A stretch of DNA of 64,000 bases from Oligoflexales bacterium. GTDB lineage: Bacteria; Bdellovibrionota_B; Oligoflexia; Oligoflexales; RGVZ01. Positions 30,418 through 39,629 of this stretch are shown here, piece by piece. The translations under genes and the position numbers were made by a program. Each line of letters begins with the position of its first letter. The stretch's first letter is position 1. The DNA is taken from the NCBI GenBank assembly GCA_947445775.1, contig CANFEB010000001.1:80484-144483 (forward strand), given 5' to 3'. Under the pieces are notes generated by a model. It saw only the letters and a list, made by a program, of their open reading frames with translations. It ran no database searches and was not told the origin of the DNA.

Positions 30418-30839
30418 CGGCCTCCACTGATGGCATACCGGAGCATGCCGAGTTTACGATTCAAAGTCTCCACGGATGCCCGGTACAAAATCTGGTTCTC
30501 AGAGAACTGGGCCATTTCCGTGTCGATGTCCACCGTGTTGCCATCGTGCGCTACAGATTCTGTTGGCCTGACGAAGACGTCTGGCCTGATCGTTCCGTCG
30601 GCCTGAGTGAAAGCGTTATGCAAATGTTTGGGGTTGTTGGTGCGAACTGGGATAGCCTCGCTGCCACCAGTCACTTCTTGCAGCTGCTTTTCAAAGTCAT
30701 AGCCAAGGGCGCGAAATCCCGGTGTCTCTGCATTGGCAATGTTGCTGGTGATCACCTGGCTGCGTCGCATCCGGTGACCCAATGCCGCGACTTGCACCTT
30801 GTCATTGAAATCGAACAAGCTATTAATGGCTTGGCTCAA
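30414..30839 (-). CDS. flgB: flagellar basal-body rod protein FlgB
   Basis: SQVITSNIANAETPGF; 141 aa; 4-nt overlaps on both sides. Confidence 0.85.
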   Translation of the reverse strand: MSQAINSLFDFNDKVQVAALGHRMRRSQVITSNIANAETPGFRALGYDFEKQLQEVTGGSEAIPVRTNNPKHLHNAFTQADGTIRPDVFVRPTESVAHDGNTVDIDTEMAQFSENQILYRASVETLNRKLGMLRYAISGGR

Positions 30840-31960
30840 GTTGCCCTCCCTGTCAGCGGTGCGATCACGTCGATCCCTTCCGCTGAAAACTCATTGATCT
30901 TATTGCGCAACGTGCGAAGGCTGATTCCAAGCGTCTTGGCTGCGTGAGTCCGGTTGCCCTGATGATGCTCAAGGGTCCGCAAAATGAACTGAGTCTCGAC
31001 AGCCTGCAGGGTCCGTCCGACGGGAAGGGCTTCAATCCATGCGTTGGCTGCGGAGTCTTGAAGGCCACCAACTCCCTCAAAGCCGAGGTCCACAGCCTGA
31101 ATGACGTCCGTTGTAGAAGTAACCACCGCGCGCTTGATGACATTCTGCAGCTCACGAACGTTGCCCGGCCATGTGTAGGCGCGCAAGGCCTTGCGAGCAT
31201 CGTCAGTAAGGCGAACGGGACTGCGCCCGGCCGCAATGCATTCTTTTTCAGCAATATGTTGCGCGAGCGCCTCAATGTCTGCCGGGCGTTGGCGTAGGGC
31301 CGGAACTTCGATGTGAAGGACATAAAGTCGGTAGTACAGGTCCTGCCTGAATTCACCCCTGGCAACCATTGCCATTGGGTCGACGTTGGACGTGGCAATG
31401 ATGCGGCCATTGAGAGAAACGTCGGAGTTGCCACCAAGACGGCGGACTTTGCGCTCTTCAATGACTCGCAGCAATTTTGACTGATTGCCAGCATCTATAT
31501 TCGTGACCTCATCCAAGAGTAGCGTGCCATTGTTGGCGCTTTCAACGAGTCCAATCCGGTCAGCAATGGCACCAGTGAAGGCTCCCCTTTGGAAACCAAA
31601 AAGTTCACTTTCAAACATCGTTGACGGGATTGCAGAACAGTTCACTGCAACAAACGGACCAGCAGAAAATACTGACCGGGCATGAATGTACCGGGCAATT
31701 GTTTCCTTGCCGCAACCCGACTCACCAGTGATTAGAACTGGTAGGTTAACGGCTGCAATCTGGTCGGCAATTTCTTTGATACGGCGCATGGCTGGATCGG
31801 CAACAAGCCAACCACCATCGCAAATGAACGACTCGATGGGCGCGGGGGCTGCTTGCTTAGCCCGCGCATAGTCGACATAGGTAGCAGCAGATTCTGGCTG
31901 GCCAGCCGGCCTGGAACCTGCCTGCGAAACAAGATCTTTACGAAGGGCTACGTTGTTCAT
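30836..31960 (-). CDS. sigma54-dependent transcriptional activator (AAA+ plus HTH, no receiver or sensor domain)
   Basis: LITGESGCGKE, ELFGFQRGAFTGA (GAFTGA), LLLDEV, C-terminal HTH NRTHAAKTLGISLRTLRNKI. Only about 55 aa precede the AAA+ core. Confidence 0.85.
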   Translation of the reverse strand: MNNVALRKDLVSQAGSRPAGQPESAATYVDYARAKQAAPAPIESFICDGGWLVADPAMRRIKEIADQIAAVNLPVLITGESGCGKETIARYIHARSVFSAGPFVAVNCSAIPSTMFESELFGFQRGAFTGAIADRIGLVESANNGTLLLDEVTNIDAGNQSKLLRVIEERKVRRLGGNSDVSLNGRIIATSNVDPMAMVARGEFRQDLYYRLYVLHIEVPALRQRPADIEALAQHIAEKECIAAGRSPVRLTDDARKALRAYTWPGNVRELQNVIKRAVVTSTTDVIQAVDLGFEGVGGLQDSAANAWIEALPVGRTLQAVETQFILRTLEHHQGNRTHAAKTLGISLRTLRNKINEFSAEGIDVIAPLTGRAT

Positions 31961-31990
31961 CGAATCACTCCGTTCGATATTTTGTGCGGC

Positions 31991-32012
31991 GCGGAACTCA
32001 CGCGGAACTCAC
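31991..32012. repeat. 11-bp tandem direct repeat GCGGAACTCAC x2 in the activator leader
   Basis: Read directly, 31-52 nt upstream of the activator ATG (31960). Confidence 0.8.
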
Positions 32013-32024
32013 ATTGTTTGAAAA

Positions 32025-34334
32025 CTATTTCTTCTGGATCTGGGTCAGCCTTTCGGTGGCCAGATTTGCATAAAAAAGATTGTTGCCATCAGCCTTAGCC
32101 TTCTCAAGTGCAGCCACGGCCTCATCCTTGCGGCCGGCCCGGTAGAGCAGCAAGCCGGCTTTGTAGAGCGTCTCTGCGCGTCCCTCCCAATTTTCGCTTT
32201 CGGCGGCAACTAGGCTGAAAATGCGACCGGCATCTAGGTATTCATTGTCCTTGCGGTATTCCTCGCCCAGCTCCAACAACTGGTCCATCCAGGCTTTACG
32301 CGCCGCCTTGTCATCGCCAAATTGAGATGGTTTCATCTCACGCAACATATCCAGAGCAGCGCGGCGCTCTTTTTCCATTCCAAGAACAGAAAATCGCGCG
32401 GCAAGACTGGAAATCAATTTTGCAGAAGCCGCCGATGGCGCGAATTCATTTTTGAGGTCCGGAGTCGCCGGTCCAGTCGATGTTGTTTGGCGGGCGCTGA
32501 AATTATCCTTCCATGACGACAGAATCAATTTGGCAGGGGTGCGCAATTTGGCGGCCAAGCCGAGTGATGACTCCAGTGGCTGGCGAAAGGCTGCATACAA
32601 CTGTTCGCGCTCTGTTGGTTTGAGCCCTGCCAAGGTGGCCGCCATTGCGCGGTCAGCTTCGATCATGTGGCGGTTGAAGGGAGAGATCTTAGTCTGACCT
32701 GATTTGATGCGAGTCAATAATTCAACGGATTCAGACGCCGTTTGGGCCAACCAGAATTGCGCCTTGAAACGGTCAACTCCCGTGCCTTCCTTGGCAGCCG
32801 AATCGTAGAAGTCAACGGCGGCTTGGGGCTGACCAATGCTTCGGTATGACTCGCCAAGTGCCCAGGCCGTCTTAGGGTTTTTGCGGACCGATTGCAGGGG
32901 TCTTGGCAACAATTCAAAAGTCTGTACGGCCTCCACATGACGCCCTGCCAGCGATTGCTCCTGAAGCAATCCATCCAGACGAAGGCGCAGGCGCGTCAAG
33001 AGTTCAGCGCGCATCGGATCAAATTCTGCGGTTTTGTAATCACGAAAATAATTTGCGGCGAAGTTTCCAGCATCCACCGTCCAATTGCGACGACTATCTA
33101 GGCGGGCGGCCAACAAGAGGGATGCCGTCAAAAATCTTGTCCTAGGATGAGTCAGACTAGGAAATGCTGATTCAAGATCACGGACCTCCATCTCGTCCAG
33201 TTCGGGAATTGGTGATTTAGTTTTCGCAGAGGCGTTACGCCAAAAAGATGTTCTAAGGACTTTGCCGGCCCGATAGTCTGGGGAGGCCGTCGCAACGTCG
33301 AGTGCTGCCAATGCCGGGGCAACTTTTGGCAAAATATCAGTTTCGCCAGCGATTGCGGCCTCCGTGGCGTGGACGTCGATCAGACGCATGGCGGCCAGGG
33401 AATGAAACGGCGTGCCTGGAAATCGTTTCGTGATCGTGTCGTAATAGCCGCCGGCTAAAGATAAATTCCCCTGGCCAAGGTGGATCTCCGCCATGCGCCA
33501 AAGGCTGGCCGGGTCCCGTTCAATCGCTAGCGGATCATGGAATAGCAGTTGCTGATAGACGGACATCGACCGGAGCTCTTCGCCGTTGGCAAACAGGTCC
33601 GCGGCGAGGTCCGACAAACCTTTTGTCGATGCCATGGCCTTGGCACATGCCTCCACCGGAATTTCGCCGGCGTACTTGGATTTTGCGGTAAGGGAGTCAA
33701 ATCGGTAAACGGGATCGCTCAAACGATCCCACGAAGCGGCGCGACCGGGCTTGGCCTGTTTCAACTGGCTGCACAGGTCAGCCGCATTTTCGAACTTTTT
33801 TGGGGCAGGCTGAAAAATTCTGCGCTGAGAGGCCGGTTCTGTTGGTTTCGCGGCAGGCACATTCTGCGCAAGGGCCGGTTTGAGGTCATTGCCCGTCACT
33901 GGCAACCCATCTGTGGTTCGTGCTGGGGTGTATCCCCGTTTGAAAATCGCGACCACGAGCCGAAATGGCTCCTCGAAATCATTGACCGTTGCGACGACAT
34001 CGCGAGACTTCAGCTTCATCATGATCTCGACACCATCAGCGCCTCTGTCTTTGACCAGAAGGCGGCGAATGAGGTCCTCGTCGTAGCGCTCAAGGGCTTG
34101 CAATTCTGTCGATGAGGTTTTTAGGATTTCGATCCTGACCGTGTTTTCGACTGCGTCATACTTCGCCGTGTAGGGGCGGGTGTCGGGAAAGGGCAGGACA
34201 ATCTCCGAATAATCGGCTGCGATCGCGGGGGCACTTTGCAGACAAAGCACCATTGCAGTCACCGGCGCCAGAGCTTGGGACGCAAAGCGCAGGGTTTTAA
34301 CATGGAGAATCCATGACCGTGAACGGGAGCCCAT
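32025..34334 (-). CDS. secreted TPR-repeat protein (769 aa) heading the flagellar cluster
   Basis: Signal peptide ...SAPAIA-AD and an N-terminal beta-module (possibly AMIN-like, PFRLVVAIF). TPR-like C-terminus (AETLYKAGLLLYRAGRKDEAVAALEKA). Confidence 0.6.
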   Translation of the reverse strand: MGSRSRSWILHVKTLRFASQALAPVTAMVLCLQSAPAIAADYSEIVLPFPDTRPYTAKYDAVENTVRIEILKTSSTELQALERYDEDLIRRLLVKDRGADGVEIMMKLKSRDVVATVNDFEEPFRLVVAIFKRGYTPARTTDGLPVTGNDLKPALAQNVPAAKPTEPASQRRIFQPAPKKFENAADLCSQLKQAKPGRAASWDRLSDPVYRFDSLTAKSKYAGEIPVEACAKAMASTKGLSDLAADLFANGEELRSMSVYQQLLFHDPLAIERDPASLWRMAEIHLGQGNLSLAGGYYDTITKRFPGTPFHSLAAMRLIDVHATEAAIAGETDILPKVAPALAALDVATASPDYRAGKVLRTSFWRNASAKTKSPIPELDEMEVRDLESAFPSLTHPRTRFLTASLLLAARLDSRRNWTVDAGNFAANYFRDYKTAEFDPMRAELLTRLRLRLDGLLQEQSLAGRHVEAVQTFELLPRPLQSVRKNPKTAWALGESYRSIGQPQAAVDFYDSAAKEGTGVDRFKAQFWLAQTASESVELLTRIKSGQTKISPFNRHMIEADRAMAATLAGLKPTEREQLYAAFRQPLESSLGLAAKLRTPAKLILSSWKDNFSARQTTSTGPATPDLKNEFAPSAASAKLISSLAARFSVLGMEKERRAALDMLREMKPSQFGDDKAARKAWMDQLLELGEEYRKDNEYLDAGRIFSLVAAESENWEGRAETLYKAGLLLYRAGRKDEAVAALEKAKADGNNLFYANLATERLTQIQKK

Positions 34335-34392
34335 GGGACCTCTCGCGTGGTTCGCAAAGTGAACATTTCTAGTCTCTGAGTCTTTTAGCTAG

Positions 34393-34408
34393 AGCAAGGG
34401 TCGTGCCA
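34393..34408 (-). promoter_or_regulatory. sigma54 (-24/-12) promoter
   Basis: Minus strand reads TGGCACGACCCTTGCT, an exact match to TGGCACG-N4-TTGCW. The GC element lies about 60 nt upstream of the TPR gene ATG (34334). Confidence 0.75.
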
Positions 34409-34645
34409 ACGGACAGACCAGCGCAAGTACCGTTGAACCCTGCACATTTTTCACCCGAAAGTTTCTTCCGGCCAAAATTCTGCAGGGTGCAATTTTGGCA
34501 CAGGAAGGTTCTGCCTCTGCCAAAGATCCGGCGGGAATTGGCCATGGCTCGTCAAGTCACTGACGCATTCGCCAAAGTTCTGGCTGCTTAAGAACACTCC
34601 GGGTCACATTGGATGGGGAACCTGATTTTTTTTTGAAACTTTTCC

Positions 34646-34672
34646 TAAAGTGACGACAAGATTGGTCGATAA
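34646..34672 (+). promoter_or_regulatory. sigma28 (FliA)-type promoter
   Basis: TAAA-N15-GTCGATAA, against the consensus TAAA-N15-GCCGATAA. Lies 56 nt upstream of the PilZ ATG at 34728. Confidence 0.55.
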
Positions 34673-34727
34673 GTATCTAGGCGTTGGTTTTGGTTTATCG
34701 GGCAAACATCAGGATCATTGGGATAAA

Positions 34728-35087
34728 ATGACACAATTCCGAATCAGGTCAAAACGAGTGGAGACCCGCCGATTTCGGGTATCCGGCCGCGCCGTTGGGC
34801 GTATTGTGACCTTGTCCGGCGACCGTTTACTCACCGTCAGGCCAACGGATGTTTCTCGGCGGGGCCTGGGCTTCATCGCCAAGGAACCGTTGCCTCATGG
34901 CGGCCAGTTTTGGTTTGAAATCGACGAGGCCCGCCTGCGGGTCGAGGTCATCCACTGTCATTCACACCTTGGCATTGAAAACATGTATCACTGCGGAATT
35001 TTCACCCGGGATCCCGACATCGACTTGGAGCAAGTCTTTGCACAACTGGGGTTGCTGGAAGAAGCCCTTCAGGCTGATGGCTTTTGA
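34728..35087 (+). CDS. single-domain PilZ protein (c-di-GMP receptor candidate)
   Basis: RRFRVSGR...TDVSRRGLGF matches RxxxR...D/NxSxxG. ATG 34728 was chosen because the ORF-track GTG at 34650 lies inside the putative promoter. Confidence 0.65.
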   Translation: MTQFRIRSKRVETRRFRVSGRAVGRIVTLSGDRLLTVRPTDVSRRGLGFIAKEPLPHGGQFWFEIDEARLRVEVIHCHSHLGIENMYHCGIFTRDPDIDLEQVFAQLGLLEEALQADGF

Positions 35088-37444
35088 ATCGCAGACATTA
35101 CGCCCGCCAAGGACACATCCCGTTTACGGATCACCGGGAAATCCACGCCGCTTTCCAGATGACTAAGATCCCAGTCGCTGCAAATGACAATATCAAGAAC
35201 ACCCGCTAACCGAGCGCGCTGAGCCAGGGCCACGCCATCCATGCCGCCTCCATCAAACTGATAATCCGTGACGAGAATGGGAGATCGCGACAAGATTCCG
35301 ACGTCTTCCGCAAGGTTCACCAAAAATTCATCGGGTGTCCCGAATACAATGATGTCGGCATCGTTTGACTGGCGCTCCCACATGTCGCGCACAAAGGGAC
35401 TGTCGTCAACCACAACAAGAAGCCTGCGGCGAAGCATCTGGTCACGCAGTCCTGAGAGTGGCCCACTGCGCATGATCAGATTCATGTCCGGTAGGCCGCG
35501 GTCAACTGGGATGGAAACCTCTATGGTCAGAATGCCGGTTGCCGGGACATGATTATAGCGGACTAGACCGCCCATGGATTCGGCCAGGCGCTTAATGATC
35601 ACCAGACCAAGGCCCCGGGATTCCTTACGGCCCCTGATCCGTCCTTCCTCAAAAACGGAAAAATCGGCGGCGGAAAAATCAGGCGCAACATTGCTCACCG
35701 TCAGCAGACAACATGGGGTTGAGTTATCGTCGTTGTTTGGGTTGTTAATTGCGCCTTCACTCGTCAGAATTTGAATGACGGAACTTCGAGGCGATGCCGC
35801 CGCCGCATTGTCCAGCAAGTTATCGACGATTCGACGCATCGCCACCGGATCACCACACAGCTTGGAGCGATGTCCCCAGGTGGTCTTGAAATCAACCCCA
35901 CGCCCCTCAAAGGAAGGCAGCAAAGCCGCCAGCGAGGCCTCGGTAATATCCAGCACCGAAAAACTTTTTCGTGTTGGATTGTGGCCTATCAGGTTTTGGT
36001 CCTGTTCAAGGGCAGTCAATTCAACCAAAAATCCGTCAAGGTAAGCCAAATTTTGGGAATCTTTGAGTTTCACGATGCGACGAAGGTCGTGGACAATCAT
36101 TCGGGCCTGGCGGGCCATGGCTGATTTCGCAATCTGCGTGGCCGACAAGTCCAAGCCAATCTTGTCCATCCGCGCGTCGCGGCGGGCTGACCTTTTGATC
36201 AGCTCAAAAAGAAATGGAATCAGCGCAGCGAGAGCCGCCGAGGTCGCAGATAACCCGGTTAAATGTTGCGTCCACAACGCCCCCACAAAACAAAGACCCG
36301 TCCAGATCAGACCCAGAATCATTGCCGCAGCCAACTTGTTTATCATTGCGATCAACAGACCAATCACTGCCATCAGGACAATCGCAAAGGGCGACCAGTT
36401 TGAAACTGGAATAGAAAATATTCCATCAAGGCTTGCCGAGCTGATCACCGCAAGGCGCGAAAGCAGTGGTGAGTCAGCTGGGCCGACGATAACCAGCAGG
36501 GGAATCTGATGCTGGGTTTGCCCATCTGACTTTCCCTGCTCCAACAAGGCGTCGATTGACTCGGGTGCAAATGCTAAAAAATCCCGCTGTGACAAGGCTG
36601 GTGCTGCTAATAGACCCTTATGAATGGCGACTTCCCGGACACCGACCATGACCCTGCCATTAGATATCGAAGCCCCCAATAAAGCCTCGCGGGGCGTCAA
36701 AGCCAAGTCTGCGACGAATCGGTCTTCCCGCCAGCGTGCGATTGGCATCAAAAAATCAGAGTCGCCGCCCACCAAACCATAGCCGGCTAAAACATCTGCA
36801 AACTCTGGAGAAGGCCCAACTAAGATTCTGTGGGAAATATCCGGGATTTTCTGCAAATCCATAAGGGTGGTTGCCTGCCTCGAATTGGCCAGATCCTGAA
36901 TGAACCTTTCCACCGGTGTGCCAAACAGCAATGGGTCAGCAGAAATAACTCCTGGCCGAGGATCCACGAACCTCAGTGGTGCATAGACTTTCATGCCCGC
37001 TGCCGCAGCCTCGCGAAAAACATCAAGAAATCCAGGCGTGGTTGCGTTGACTCTGGAAAAAATGGACTCCTCGGGAATCACGACCTGGGTGGCGCCCAGC
37101 GAACGGATGGCCGCAAAAATCTCCCGCCAGTCTTCAACCCCAGGTGACAACCGCCCAGTGCGTCTACGCCAGGGCTCATCCCACCCAAAAGACCGGATTC
37201 GGGAATCAGGTTTACGAAAATTTAAATCCTGAAAATCTTTTGAAAAAAAGCGCCGCGTGCGAATTTCCACTGTGTCACGCAAGCCGATACCAAGGGACGA
37301 AAATGCCAAATAAGACGCGCCAAAGGCCGCCATCGCGGTAACGGCAAGCGAGGTCTTTGAAATCCGGGTGAACCAGCGGATCCAGTCGTATGGATTCATG
37401 CGTAATATGGACGTCATGGGTTTCATGGGTTTCATGGGTTTCAC
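35069..37444 (-). CDS. hybrid sensor histidine kinase (CHASE2-like periplasmic domain, HK core, C-terminal receiver)
   Basis: H-box region ARMIVHDLRRIV, N-box IVDNLLDNAAAAS, G-box SRGLGLVIIKRLAESMGG, REC LLVVVDDSPF...LVTDYQFDGGGMDG. Confidence 0.65.
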   Translation of the reverse strand: MKPMKPMKPMTSILRMNPYDWIRWFTRISKTSLAVTAMAAFGASYLAFSSLGIGLRDTVEIRTRRFFSKDFQDLNFRKPDSRIRSFGWDEPWRRRTGRLSPGVEDWREIFAAIRSLGATQVVIPEESIFSRVNATTPGFLDVFREAAAAGMKVYAPLRFVDPRPGVISADPLLFGTPVERFIQDLANSRQATTLMDLQKIPDISHRILVGPSPEFADVLAGYGLVGGDSDFLMPIARWREDRFVADLALTPREALLGASISNGRVMVGVREVAIHKGLLAAPALSQRDFLAFAPESIDALLEQGKSDGQTQHQIPLLVIVGPADSPLLSRLAVISSASLDGIFSIPVSNWSPFAIVLMAVIGLLIAMINKLAAAMILGLIWTGLCFVGALWTQHLTGLSATSAALAALIPFLFELIKRSARRDARMDKIGLDLSATQIAKSAMARQARMIVHDLRRIVKLKDSQNLAYLDGFLVELTALEQDQNLIGHNPTRKSFSVLDITEASLAALLPSFEGRGVDFKTTWGHRSKLCGDPVAMRRIVDNLLDNAAAASPRSSVIQILTSEGAINNPNNDDNSTPCCLLTVSNVAPDFSAADFSVFEEGRIRGRKESRGLGLVIIKRLAESMGGLVRYNHVPATGILTIEVSIPVDRGLPDMNLIMRSGPLSGLRDQMLRRRLLVVVDDSPFVRDMWERQSNDADIIVFGTPDEFLVNLAEDVGILSRSPILVTDYQFDGGGMDGVALAQRARLAGVLDIVICSDWDLSHLESGVDFPVIRKRDVSLAGVMSAIQKPSA
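37415..37441. repeat. 9-bp tandem repeat CATGGGTTT x3 at the kinase 5' end
   Basis: Encodes MKP-MKP-MKP-M; each unit supplies an in-frame ATG. Confidence 0.9.
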
Positions 37445-37619
37445 GCGTTTCTTGCAGCCTGAGAAAGAAAATCAATACAAAAAAACTGGAACGGCATCCC
37501 TCCGTTGTTTCGGCCTACGCTTCGCCTTCTGAAGCCCTTTACCCGGCCGTATCACGCCGCAAATTTGTCCAAAGACCAAAAATCGGTGATAATCACCCTT
37601 CATTCTGGAAGGTTGCTCC

Positions 37620-38342
37620 ATGACCAAGTCCATCACAATCAATGCCTTGAAATTTGCCTATCCCAGCCACGAGGATGTAATCGACATCGACCACCTCGCC
37701 ATCTCGTCCGGAGAACGGATTTTTGTCCATGGACCATCGGGGTGCGGCAAGACGACATTGCTTGGATTGATGTCAGGAATCCTCACAGGGCCGCGCGGAA
37801 GCATTGAACTTCTCGGCCGTGATTTGCAGGGCATGACGCCAGCACAACGCGACCGTTTCCGGGGCGAACATATCGGTTATTTATTTCAAATGTTCAATCT
37901 GCTGCCCTATTTGAGTGTCATAGAAAATATTATTTTGCCCCTGAGATTGAACCGTGGGCGGCTTGGAAAAATATCTGGGTCACGGGAATCTGCCCCGAAA
38001 AATCTAGCTATAAATCTAGCTAAATCTCTGGCCGAAACTCTGGGCATCGATCACCTACTGGATCGCAACGCGACAGAGTTGAGCGTCGGCCAGCAGCAAC
38101 GAGTTGCCGCCGCACGGGCCTTGATTGGAAATCCTGAGATCCTCATTTGCGATGAACCAACTTCCGCGCTGGACTCGGTTCATCGCGACCGTTTTCTGGA
38201 CCTTTTGTTGGGCATGAACGTCACCGGAAAAACCACCGTGATTTTTGTCAGCCACGATCAAAGCCTGGCTCACAGGTTTGATCGGACCATCGATTTGTCC
38301 ACGCTCAACCGCAGATTTCGTGCATCGACCGGCGACGATTAA
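37620..38342 (+). CDS. ABC transporter ATP-binding protein (MacB/LolD-like)
   Basis: GPSGCGKTTLL, LSVGQQQRVAAARAL, ILICDEPTSALD. Confidence 0.85.
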   Translation: MTKSITINALKFAYPSHEDVIDIDHLAISSGERIFVHGPSGCGKTTLLGLMSGILTGPRGSIELLGRDLQGMTPAQRDRFRGEHIGYLFQMFNLLPYLSVIENIILPLRLNRGRLGKISGSRESAPKNLAINLAKSLAETLGIDHLLDRNATELSVGQQQRVAAARALIGNPEILICDEPTSALDSVHRDRFLDLLLGMNVTGKTTVIFVSHDQSLAHRFDRTIDLSTLNRRFRASTGDD

Positions 38343-38353
38343 GGAGTAGACCA

Positions 38354-39619
38354 TTGCCAACGATCATTCATCTTGCCTTGCGATCAATCATGAACCGGCG
38401 CGTCACCAGCGCCCTGACTATATTGGCCATCGCCCTGAGCATGTCGCTACTCTTGATCGTCGAGCGATTGCGCACCGGCGCGCGCGAGGGTTTCACGGGT
38501 GTCATCAGCCAGACGGATGTCATTGCTGGGGCCCGCAGCAGTGCAATTCAACTTTTATTGAACAGCGTTTTTCACATCGGCAATGCGTCGAATAATGCTT
38601 CGCCAGAAACCTGGGAGCACTTTCGCAGACATCCAGCTGTGGCCTGGACCATTCCCATCGCCATGGGGGACAGCCACAAGGGCTTTCGCGTTATCGCCAC
38701 CAACACCGACATGTTCCTGCATTATCACTATCAGCGCGACCGTCGCCTGGAGTTTGCGTCTGGCCGGGAATCTTCAAACGACCACGAGGTTGTCATCGGT
38801 GCGCGTGTCCGTCAGGATTTAGGTTATAGCGTTGGCACAAAACTGGTTCTCGCCCACGGACTGGCGGTGGAATCTTTCGTTAAACATGAAGACCATCCGT
38901 TTGTGATCACTGGAATTTTAAAATCAACGGGAACGCCCTTGGACCGGAGCTTGTTTATCACTTTGGCCGCCATGGGGGAGATGCACGCAGATGGCGCGGA
39001 GCATCAGGAGCATCAGGAGCATCAGGAGCATCAGGAGCATCAGGATTCTAAAAATACGAGCCACCTGCCGGGACTGACCGCGTTTTTTATCGGCACCAAA
39101 TCGCGAACTGATGCCTTGGCCCTGCAACGAGAAATCCAAACCTATGAATCCGAACCCATGACCGCAGCCCTGCCCGGCCTGACCCTGGCCCAACTATGGA
39201 GCACGCTATCCTATGCCGAAGAGGCTCTGCGAGCCGTGTCGATGCTGGTGATTGTGGTCGGCCTGTTGAGCATGATCATAGCCCTCTACAATTCCCTTAA
39301 CGAACGCCGCCGGGAGATGGCTATTTTGCGTGCCCTCGGTGCTCGACCTTGGATGATCACCGCCATACTTCTTGTCGAGGCCGGTCTGTTAACGGGCATT
39401 GCAGTGATCACCAGCATTGCCATGACCTACACCGCATTGGCTGGGGCGACGGGGCTGATTGCCGCCAACTTTGGACTGGCCTTGCCGGTGACGGGACTTT
39501 CTGGCGAAGAGTGGCTACGCCTTGGGGTCATGTTTCTGACCGGCCTGGCCATGGCCGCCCTGCCAGCATGGCGCGCCTACCGCAATGCCCTTGTGGACGG
39601 GCTGACAATCCGGATATGA
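38354..39619 (+). CDS. FtsX-family ABC permease
   Basis: TTG start 7 nt after AAGGAG. N-terminal TM, a large periplasmic loop and three C-terminal TMs typical of MacB/LolC. Confidence 0.75.
   Translation: MPTIIHLALRSIMNRRVTSALTILAIALSMSLLLIVERLRTGAREGFTGVISQTDVIAGARSSAIQLLLNSVFHIGNASNNASPETWEHFRRHPAVAWTIPIAMGDSHKGFRVIATNTDMFLHYHYQRDRRLEFASGRESSNDHEVVIGARVRQDLGYSVGTKLVLAHGLAVESFVKHEDHPFVITGILKSTGTPLDRSLFITLAAMGEMHADGAEHQEHQEHQEHQEHQDSKNTSHLPGLTAFFIGTKSRTDALALQREIQTYESEPMTAALPGLTLAQLWSTLSYAEEALRAVSMLVIVVGLLSMIIALYNSLNERRREMAILRALGARPWMITAILLVEAGLLTGIAVITSIAMTYTALAGATGLIAANFGLALPVTGLSGEEWLRLGVMFLTGLAMAALPAWRAYRNALVDGLTIRI
38999..39043. repeat. 9-bp tandem repeat GAGCATCAG x5
   Basis: Encodes (EHQ)5 in the permease periplasmic loop. 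Confidence 0.9.
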
Positions 39620-39629
39620 CTGGAATGCC

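Noticed and set aside
34496-34515. TGGCAC on the plus strand upstream of the PilZ gene, as a second sigma54 promoter
   Set aside because: The nearest GC/TGC element is 16 nt from the GG instead of 12, and there is no TTGC. The spacing is incompatible with a -24/-12 promoter.
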